Shown: piece after piece, positions 1 through 7,227 of the stretch
Layout: each line of letters begins with the position of its first letter
Numbering within the stretch: position 1 is the first letter of the stretch
Source of the DNA: Azolla caroliniana
Taxonomy: Eukaryota; Plantae; Polypodiophyta
DNA length: 8,526 nucleotides
Assembly (NCBI GenBank): GCA_043228905.1
Contig: JBHGNT010001435.1
Location: forward strand, 1-8,526
Direction of reading: 5' to 3'
Made by a program: the position numbers and the translations under genes
Notes under the pieces: generated by a model
What the model was told of the DNA's origin: nothing
What the model saw: only the letters and a program-made list of their open reading frames with translations
Databases searched by the model: none

Positions 1-36
1 AGGATATAACATATGGGGAGATTTAGAAGTGAGGGA

Positions 37-45
37 TTAGGGTTT
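37..45 (-). promoter_or_regulatory. Telo-box-like motif (AAACCCTAA on minus strand) upstream of the Ulp1-like gene
   Basis: TTAGGGTTT at 37-45, about 90 bp before ATG 135; short motif, function not shown. Confidence 0.3.
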
Positions 46-443
46 CGGGTTTAATGATTTGCTTGCTTAAACTTAATATTGTGTGTGTTTGAGTATTAAA
101 TTCAAAAAATGTTTGATTACTTGAATGGTGGTCGATGGCTTCCAAGTCCAAGTACAAAGATTGGTGGGATTTCGATAACAGTGACATATATCCAACTCAA
201 GAGAGGCATATCACGAACCAATCTCCCCCTAATATTGGTTTAGGCTTTGATGCATGTATGTTGACTCATGATTTGTTAAAAGGTTGTCGTTAGAAGAAAT
301 TGGCGAAGTTCATCAGCCGACATGTGTACGAGTGGGGACAGAATGGATCAGACACATACGCCTCAGATCGAGCCCATACATGCCATGGCAACATTCGACC
401 AAGATGCTCCTCCAGATGGTATGTGGATTTGGTGTCATTGCAA

Positions 444-479
444 TATGTCAATCTTTATGCCAATCTTTATGTCAATCTT
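444..479. repeat. 12-bp tandem repeat x3 (TATGYCAATCTT) in probable intron 419-498
   Basis: tatgtcaatctt tatgccaatctt tatgtcaatctt read directly. Confidence 0.9.
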
Positions 480-1218
480 AAATATGTAACACATACAGAA
501 GAAACAGATGCACCTTGCCCAGACTCGTTGTATAAGGTTGGAAGAGATTGAAGTGGGAACAAGGCCCGTGCGTGTATCTATAGTGAGTATTGCCGCCTCT
601 CGCCAAGGTGGTATCGCAAAACTCTATTCATGTTGAACTCCGTCTTGACACAAAGGCAGAGTTCGTGGCGCGATTTATGGCCAATGAGATGGCCATATAT
701 GACTCCAAAAAGGATGAGCGTTTGGAGATGTTGACGAAGAAGATATCATCCAGTTTGGATTCTTATGTAAGTATGAGCGAGGATTTCATTTCAGATATGT
801 GTTGGAGGGTTTATTGGCAGAATTCAGATAATAACATGTGTCTTATTGTGGTGAAACAATGTAAAAAGGCGAGGATATCCACCCAACCGCAGGGTGTGTC
901 CATGGATGTGGATGAGGCTCTAAACCCATCTGAGGGTGGTGTGTCCACTCCACCGAGACGGACACGACAGAAGATACCAGTCCGACGGAAGGAGGTCGAG
1001 TCACACATTGATGTTTATTCCCTAACATCAGATTCAGATGACGCTACTCTGGATGTGGCCATTGTTCAAATTCAGCATGGCAAGGGCATAAGGTTATGGA
1101 TCCAATCACCAAATAAACACTTTTCCAGGTAGGGTTTATGCGAAATATAAACTAGTGTCCTACTAATTGACATGGGGTGTGATGTACCTACTCAAACTAC
1201 ATATTTCTATGCATTCAG

Positions 1219-1783
1219 GTACCAGCTGGCCTACCAACATCTTGATTTGGCCCTTGACGTTATCGAGTCAGATCTTGAGACCATGTGCAAGTGTCGTGAA
1301 ATGGCATCGACGTGGACTATTACCTTATTCACGTTGTGGATGGAGTACTCGTTGCCACTCGAGGTGACAGAACGCTTCACCGTCGTCGACCCATTGTGGG
1401 TGACGCTACACCAACAGACGATGAAGGGGCAAGCCATCCTTAGGAAGGTGGTTGAATGTGATTTTATGTTCATTCTGATTGTGCTTGATGGGCATTGGGT
1501 GTTGTGGACGAAGATGCGACATAAAGTTTCTAAGCTAACTAGCAAAGTAGTCTTCTGCGATCCATTGAACAACGCGACGACTGACAACATGCGGAGAATG
1601 GCAAAGTTGGCGATTCGGGAAATTTCATCTGAACCATCAGAACACACCATTGTGCCCGAGGGTCGAAATCACGTATTGCATATCCCAACTCAACCAAATT
1701 GTTGGGATTGCGGCTTTTACATGATGAAGACTATCCAAATGTTGGTGGGGGAGTTCCTACAAGGATGGATATCTCCGACTTTT
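1219..1783 (+). CDS. Ulp1/C48 protease catalytic-domain exon
   Basis: Open frame bounded by acceptor TTCAG (1218) and donor GTAAGT (1784); contains H, D, Q and C catalytic residues in Ulp1 order. Confidence 0.85.
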
Positions 1784-1854
1784 GTAAGTGTAATTGCAAT
1801 GCCTTATTCATGTGAATTGTGTATAGATGTGTTCTTATACATATTTGGTGACAG

Positions 1855-1968
1855 GGCACAGAGATGTGGTTCACCAAACGCGAAGTGGATTCACTTTGGA
1901 ATCATATGGACGAGTGGGCACGAAGGGTACTAGGATTTGCACCTGCGACCGGTGGCTCCATATTGTAA
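1855..1968 (+). CDS. Terminal exon of the Ulp1-like gene (not in the supplied ORF track)
   Basis: Phase-0 splice after TTT (1781-1783) to GGC ACA GAG ATG TGG TTC ... ATA TTG TAA; translation fits the Ulp1 C-terminus. Confidence 0.75.
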   Translation, partial: GTEMWFTKREVDSLWNHMDEWARRVLGFAPATGGSIL

Positions 1969-2109
1969 ATTTTGTGAATGTTGTTTTCAGCACAGATTTT
2001 GCTATAGAGCTAATGCTGTAACTATATTTTGGAATCCACACAAATTTTGTATAGTGAGAATCGACTCATTGTATATCGCGATTACTTATTAATGGAAATG
2101 TTGTTTACA

Positions 2110-2234
2110 ACAAGTGTTTATCTCAAGTTGATTTGTTGTTTTAAACCAATCACAAGTTGTGATCTAAAGTTGATTTGCTATTTTAAAAGTTTCTCAAGTT
2201 GTGATCTCCAATAGATTTGATGTTTTAACCAATC
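2110..2234. repeat. Degenerate ~42-bp tandem repeat x3
   Basis: Copies at 2110-2151, 2152-2193 and 2194-2234 share CAAGT..ATCT..GATTTG..TTTTAA..; a partial copy (GTTGTTTTAAACCAATC) lies at about 2607-2623. Confidence 0.8.
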
Positions 2235-2653
2235 ATCTACTTAATCATTTCTCTATCTTATTAGTAATATCACCTTGCAAGAAAAAGAAGCAACAACTGG
2301 TGTGGGAGAGTCAGAGTCGAAAAGAAGATTTTCGATCTTCCCACTGATTCACAACTGTGCATGAAATTCTAATTTTGCACGGCTCCTGGTTCCTAAAAGA
2401 CTTTCAATTGACTTTAGCAACGTTCCTAGAACCTTGCTCGTGTATGTCTAAAAAAAGGACTTTTTTTATTTCTTTAATGAACGACGATTTTTCATTCAAC
2501 AGAGAAACTTACCCTTTAACTTCTCGAGGAATCCTTGATCAATCTCAAATGTAAACCAATTGATTCGCGAAAAAGTTAATCTCTTCGAAAGAGCTGATTT
2601 GAAAAAGTTGTTTTAAACCAATCTATCTCCCAACCCTTGTAAAAAGCATCAAT

Positions 2654-2752
2654 GGTAACCAACTAGGTTGCCCAAACCTCTTAAAATTAATTCTATGTTG
2701 AAATGGTAACCCAACCAGGTTGCCCAAACCTCATAATCCAGGTCACCCAACC
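2654..2752 (+). repeat. Left motif array, about 5 copies of GGT(Y/A)RCCCAA(A)C; candidate subterminal or transposase-binding repeats
   Basis: Cores at 2654, 2666, 2705, 2718 and 2741; reverse complement of the GTTGGGYRACC cores at 6641-6777. Confidence 0.75.
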
Positions 2753-2888
2753 TATTACCTAAAAGGCCAAAAAAACAGTCATATTAACATGTAAATTAAT
2801 CACATTTTAAGTCATATTAAACCCTTCACTGTCATTTTAATCAGAGCTAATTCCATCTCCAGTTAATTACCTTTTAAGATCAGATTAA

Positions 2889-3294
2889 TTAATCACATTC
2901 TCTATCTTAATCCGAAGCAATTAATCACATTCTCTGTCTTAATCAAGTTCTTATAATCACATTCTCTATCTTAATCACATTCTTATAATCACATTCTCTA
3001 TCTTAATCAAGTTCAATTAATCAGATTCTCTATCTTAATTAGGTTCAATTAATTACATTGTCTAGCTTAATCAGATTCTTATAATCACCGTCTCTATCTT
3101 AATCATAATCTCTATCTTAATCAAATTCACTTAATCACATTCTCTAGCTTAATCAGGTTCAATTAATCAGATTCTCGATCTTAATTAAGTTCAATTAATT
3201 ACATTCTCTAGCTTAATCAGATTCTTATAATCATCGTCTCTATCTTAATCAAAATATCTGTCTTAATCAAATTCACTTTATCACATTCTCTAGC
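2889..3294. repeat. AT-rich minisatellite of alternating 18-bp (TTAATCACATTCTCTATC) and 14-bp (TTAATCARRTTCWW) units with a 146-bp higher-order duplication
   Basis: Parses into about 25 units starting WTAAT; blocks 3003-3148 and 3149-3294 have the same order of unit variants (14-18-14-18-14-18-18-14-18). Confidence 0.93.
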
Positions 3295-3340
3295 TTAAAT
3301 TACCTTTGATTAATCACTACAAGAAAACCAAGTTGTCGAG

Positions 3341-6264
3341 ATGAATCCAAATGAAATAGATTTCATCACGTCCTTGTATGATTCTGAGGATGGTTATGCA
3401 TCACCATACTCCGCAACCATCGACGAAGACTTGGATTCGTCTACATCCGAAGACTATGAGTCGGTTTCATCCGAAGAAGAGGTGGAGGAGGTTGATCCCT
3501 TCATGTACTGTTCGGCGAGGTATTTTGCGTTCACTAGAGGTATGTACGATTTAATGCTTAAAGATTTATTGGGTCAAGTTAAGGTAATATTTGAAATATT
3601 AAGCACACTCGCAAGGGGTGCACCTCTTAATTTACATACATGGAGGCGCATGAAGAGTCGTCTCACGCTTAGAAATGAGAATGCAATACACCTTAAGGCA
3701 TCGCCTCATCTTCAGATTACGCACGTAGAGAAATGGAGGGAGATAGTATTGGCATCACATTGTGGCGCATCGCACCGTTCTTTGACAAGTACTCTGTCAG
3801 AGTTAAAGAGACTTTGGTCCAATGACCTTTGTGACCATGGGATCCCTAGTGTGTATGTGAAAGCAGTGATTGACCAATGCGGTTGTCAAGTTGTGTCGAG
3901 GTTAACTCCATCTGACATAGAGGGGACAAGTGTTGTGAAATATAAAAAGTCTAGACCCATAGAAGTGATCAAGATAGAGGCACATAGGGTTGATGATACG
4001 CTCATAGATGTTCAATTGAGGTATCACACACGCTTCCGTATAGGGATCACAAGGGGTGCACATGTGACTAGGTATAATTGTCACCAATGCGGTGTGGCCA
4101 ACAAGCAATATCCATGCACTCGACGTAGAAAGCATTCATCTCGATGTGGGTGTACTTTTCATGTCAACGCTCGAATGAATGGTGGGGTTGACCATAGGAC
4201 AGTGACCGTTTCAATATATGGACCTCATACGGATCATGTACCGGGAAGTAGACCAGATGCGTACTATTTGCCAATGGCCCCAAATGTTATAAGTTGTTGT
4301 AGAGATGACCTTTTTTATGTTGGTTGCGCATGACATGTGGCACAGATGAGCATGCGTAAGGAAGCATATCATAAGTCCAAGGCTAGTCCATTAGACCTTG
4401 TGAGTTATAGGTTCTTTATGATACCAAAGGAGGTCAATAACATGGCCAACAAGTTAAAAATTGGGAGTGTCATGTCAGGGGTTGATTGGTCTTTGATGAT
4501 GCAAGATGCCTATGCCCTCCAAGATCTTGGGAAGGTGGCTCATGTCCAACCTTACTTGCCTGGTGAATATGGATCTCCCGCAAGGCAACCGTTCATCTTG
4601 GTGCTCCAAGATGAATGGATGTTAGAGATGTGTGAGCGATTGTCAATAAACAACTCTTGGGCAATCGACTCCACGTTTAAAACAAACCAATTTGGCTTGC
4701 CATTATATGCAGTTGTGGCCCCAAATGCCATGGGAGTTGGTATCCCATTATGGTACAAGATATGTAGTTCTGATAAGGGGTCTAACCATGAGCAAGTAGC
4801 TTTAGAAACTTGCTTGAGAGTCATATTTGCACGGATGCCTAGTGTGAGGCCAAATGCCATAGTCATCGATAAAAGTTGGACATCATATAATGCCATAACT
4901 AATGTGGTTGCAACAAACTGATTATCTTGGATAGTTACAGATGGGCAAAGGTCGCAAACACATTGTTGACTTTTGTTGTGTCACTTCCACGCAAAAAAAG
5001 CATGGTTGGACAACTTGTTGCCAAAGGTAAGTGCAACTGAGAGAAACCATCTTTATAATCGGATGTGCCAACTCATGCAATGCATTACGGAATCCACATT
5101 CAATGCCCAATGTGAGGAGTTAAAGGTAGAATATGCAAACAAGCCAGGTGTTTGGCAATAATAGGAGGAGGATGGTGTGGCTTGACATGTGTGTGGAGGA
5201 AACTGTGGCCCAAATTTGGTAGAATGTTCAACTACGGACATGTTGACACTACCAATCTCGTGGAGAGACATTGGCAGTTTATCAAATATATTGCCTTAAG
5301 AGGGAGGATAAACTGATCAATTACCGATCTTGTGCATGTTTTAATCGGGGACAATCAAACTGGCACTTGCATCGGGGTTACTGTTATTGAATGGTACAAG
5401 CAACGACAAGAAATATATGAGAGTGGTAGATTTGCACCACGTGCAAATTGTAGGGATCAAACAACAAGACTTAAAGAGGCCAAAAGGCTACTAGAGAGGA
5501 ATGAAACTAATGATGCGACAATGCATATTGTGGACGAGCCCCGATATTGGTTTAAAATATTGAGCTTGACAAAACCGAATGTATGGTATAATGTATCGCT
5601 CCAATGTTTATATTGTGATTTCCTAGACCCTACGAGTAAATGTAAGCATATACTCGGCATCAGGATGATTATTGAGAGGCACATGCCACATCTATGTGGG
5701 TCGTTGCCTTTTATAGATCATGCAACCCTTATGCGCAATGACCATTTCACAGAGACGGAAGTGGAGACAGAGGTAGGACCAGTCGAGGAGACAAACCCTA
5801 TAACATCACAAATGGAGGAATGGGAGTCGAAAATACAAACGGTTGAGGGGGCTATTCAATGTCTTAGGCAAGGGTTACGATCCCTCAACCGTGCAACAAT
5901 TTTGGGATGTATGGAGTCCATTGAAGAAATAGGTCAGACGCTGGTGTATCACCTAGGTGCACCAAAACCAACCAATGAAGAAGACCGTGGATCCATAGGG
6001 CGTAAGCAAGCAATTGGTGCAAAAAGGGGAGCATCAATCAACATTTCACAAGATCTTATTGGCAGCTCCCCAAGCACTTCCAAGGCACACACAGGAAAAA
6101 TGCAAAGAGGCGCAAGTCGAGCTAGGAGGCGGTTGCCAATATGTGCAACAGAGAAGATGCGATGCTTGCATTGCGATGCCTTGACCTTTAGATCAAGGGA
6201 CTCAAATGTTGATTGTTGCAAGAATTGTGGTCGTATCTTGCCATCATCTCCGGATGAGCCATAA
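3341..6264 (+). pseudogene. Mutator-superfamily (MULE) DDE transposase pseudogene with SWIM zinc finger, ~974 aa reconstructed
   Basis: ORFs 3341-4333, 4337-4921 and 4973-5161 are one frame broken by TGA at 4331, 4919 and 4967. A 1-nt deletion near 5160 shifts to the frame of ORF 5332-6264, with another TGA at 5314. Motifs: YNC...SSRCGC...HTDH (WRKY/GCM1/FAR1-type finger), WAIDSTFKTN (D1 4667), AIVIDK (D2 4868), LLCHFH (CxxH 4979-4990), TTNLVERHW (E 5263), SWIM-like YCDFLD..CKH (5614-5649), C-terminal CLHC..CKNC (6163-6228). Confidence 0.92.
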
Positions 6265-6295
6265 AAATAGCTTGAGTGGTTTTGCGGACCGGTGC

Positions 6296-6439
6296 ATTTG
6301 GGTTTACAATGTTTCAAGTGGATTTATGTTGATTTATGAGTGCATTTGGGAGTATGTCATATGTCGATTTATGTTTTAAGTTTCCTTATTCAAGTAGGTC
6401 ATCCTTTGATTTGGGTTTACGGTGTTTAAAGTGGATTTA
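6296..6439. repeat. 31-bp dispersed direct repeat in the T-rich 3' region of the transposase
   Basis: atttgggtttacaatgtttcaagtggattta (6296-6326) vs atttgggtttacggtgtttaaagtggattta (6409-6439), 28/31 identical. Confidence 0.85.
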
Positions 6440-6639
6440 CATTCTCAGTTTTAAGTTTTATGTTTTTTAACTTTTAACTTTTATGTTTTAATATGATTAT
6501 TTGTTTTAACATAAGTATGGTAAAGATCGTCGATTTTGAATAATTTAAGGTTGGATTTTGTGACTGTTTGATATGTTATTGTAAGTTTTAAGGGTAATGA
6601 ACAAGCTTATTTGAAGATTTTGGTCGAAATGATACATTT

Positions 6640-6786
6640 GGTTGGGCGACCTGCAACGGTTGGGCAACCTGCAAATGTCAGCGTTGGGTGACCTAAAACG
6701 GTTGGGCGACTTGCAACAGTCAGAGTTGGGTGCCCTCTGACAGGGTTGGGCGACCATCGACTCAGAGTTGGGCGACCTCTGACAAC
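6640..6786 (-). repeat. Right motif array, 7 copies of GTTGGGYRACC; candidate subterminal repeats
   Basis: Cores at 6641, 6659, 6683, 6701, 6725, 6745 and 6767; spacings 18,24,18,24,20,22 (42-bp dimer period). Confidence 0.9.
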
Positions 6787-6792
6787 TCTTTT

Positions 6793-6841
6793 TTTCGCGC
6801 GTTCTTCCTTATCGAAATCTGACGGTGCAGATCGCACGCGC
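6793..6841. promoter_or_regulatory. GC-rich imperfect palindrome with E2F-like (TTTCGCGC) and FHY3/FAR1-site-like (CACGCGC) motifs, upstream of the GNAT gene
   Basis: TTTCGCGC 6793-6800; ATCTG-acggtg-CAGAT 6817-6832; CACGCGC 6835-6841. Motif matches only. Confidence 0.4.
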
Positions 6842-6947
6842 CTTCCTCTAAGCGACCTACATCGTCTGTGGCCGCGATTCCCTCGCCAGCCCTCTCTATC
6901 ATTTGATGCAGAATAGACACGAGCGAGAGGGTCTCATACGAATATTG

Positions 6948-6950
<3 letters not shown>

Positions 6951-6984
<34 letters not shown>
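6951..6984. repeat. (CT)17 microsatellite in the 5' UTR or core promoter of the GNAT gene
   Basis: Perfect CT run ending 24 bp before ATG 7009; GA/CT tracts are typical BBR/BPC sites in plants. Confidence 0.95.
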
Positions 6985-6989
<5 letters not shown>

Positions 6990-7008
6990 AGGCCTAAAGG
7001 GATTGGCC

Positions 7009-7123
7009 ATGTTACTGCTTCCTTCTTCCTCCTCTTCTTCTTCTTCTTCTTCTTCTTCTTCTTCTTTCTCTGTTATCCACCGTCGCCAGAGATTGTACCC
7101 AACCTCCCTCCATGTTTCACAGA
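7009..7123 (+). CDS. GNAT10: Plastid GNAT acetyltransferase (GNAT10-like), exon 1: Ser-rich transit-peptide-like region
   Basis: GCCATG start; MLLLP-S14-FSVIHRRQRLYPTSLHVSQ has no acidic residues. Donor GTAAGC at 7124 and acceptor GACAG at 7227 splice in frame (phase 1) to exon 2. Confidence 0.75.
7024..7065 (+). repeat. (TCT)n coding microsatellite encoding 14 serines
   Basis: Mostly TCT codons with two TCC, in exon 1. Confidence 0.9.
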
Positions 7124-7130
7124 GTAAGCT

Positions 7131-7150
7131 TCACTCACTCACTCACTCAC
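7131..7150. repeat. (TCAC)5 microsatellite in intron 1
   Basis: tcactcactcactcactcac read directly. Confidence 0.85.
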
Positions 7151-7227
7151 ACCCCGCGCTCCTTTTCTTGATTCATTTCTCGACCTTTAAGGTATGCATT
7201 CTCACCTCCTATTTGGATTTCCGACAG

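Larger units (their letters stand above)
135..1968 (+). pseudogene. Spliced Ulp1-like (peptidase C48, SUMO/ubiquitin-like protease) gene, probably transposon-borne; 5' half degenerate
   Basis: Catalytic motifs: GHW (His 1493-1495), FCDPL (Asp 1559-1561), TQPNCWDCGFYMM (Gln 1691, Cys 1709-1711). Intron 1129-1218 (AG|GTAGGG...TTCAG) joins ORF 590-1132 in frame to ORF 1172-1933. Intron 1784-1854 (GTAAGT...GACAG) gives a last exon GTEMWFTKREVDSLWNHMDEWARRVLGFAPATGGSIL* ending at TAA 1966-1968, which resembles the Ulp1 C-terminal WF..EV..LR helix. The 5' structure is tentative: ATG 135, probable intron 419-498, in-frame TGA 549-551, and a probable 2-nt slip in CTCTC near 596-601. Confidence 0.8.
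2654..6790 (+). mobile_element. MULE DNA transposon, minimal extent; may extend left beyond the window start to include the Ulp1-like gene
   Basis: Transposase pseudogene bracketed by inverted arrays of the same 11-bp motif; exact termini and TSD not found. Confidence 0.7.

Noticed and set aside
767-892. Possible in-frame intron in the Ulp1-like gene (GTAAGT at 767 to CAG at 820 or 892)
   Set aside because: The frame is open either way, so it cannot be decided from sequence; left uncalled.
1784-1933. C-terminal part of ORF 1172-1933
   Set aside because: Better explained as intron 1784-1854 plus a last exon in another frame that matches the Ulp1 C-terminus.
2029-2554. Short ORFs 2029-2214 and 2357-2554
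   Set aside because: Non-ATG starts, AT-rich or repeat-derived, no motifs.
2889-3294. CRISPR-like repeat/spacer appearance
   Set aside because: The intervening units are themselves variants of the repeat, there are no unique spacers or cas genes, and the context is eukaryotic.
5027-5032. Strong donor AAG|GTAAGT inside the transposase
   Set aside because: The frame continues through typical MULE helical sequence, and the nearby disruption is explained by a 1-nt deletion.
4331-5316. TGA recoding or alternative genetic code
   Set aside because: A frameshift and missense decay co-occur; CpG deamination in a silenced TE is simpler.
5793-5800. AAACCCTA telomere-like motif
   Set aside because: Single copy within transposase coding sequence; expected by chance.
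811-6317. Antisense ORFs over the protease and transposase (e.g. 1231-1650, 4552-4896, 5949-6317)
   Set aside because: Shadow frames of real coding sequence with no recognisable motifs.
6545-6837. Minus-strand ORFs 6545-6757 and 6607-6837 with repeated peptides
   Set aside because: By-products of the GTTGGGYRACC array; no family motifs.
2520-6900. Candidate TIR/TSD pair (CGAGGAATC and CGCGAAAAA on the left vs reverse complement of 6790-6885)
   Set aside because: Only short scattered matches with inconsistent spacing, and no 8-11 bp TSD found.
6762-7127. ORFs with RERERE, LSLSLS and poly-Phe
   Set aside because: Translations of the CT and TCT microsatellites in other frames.
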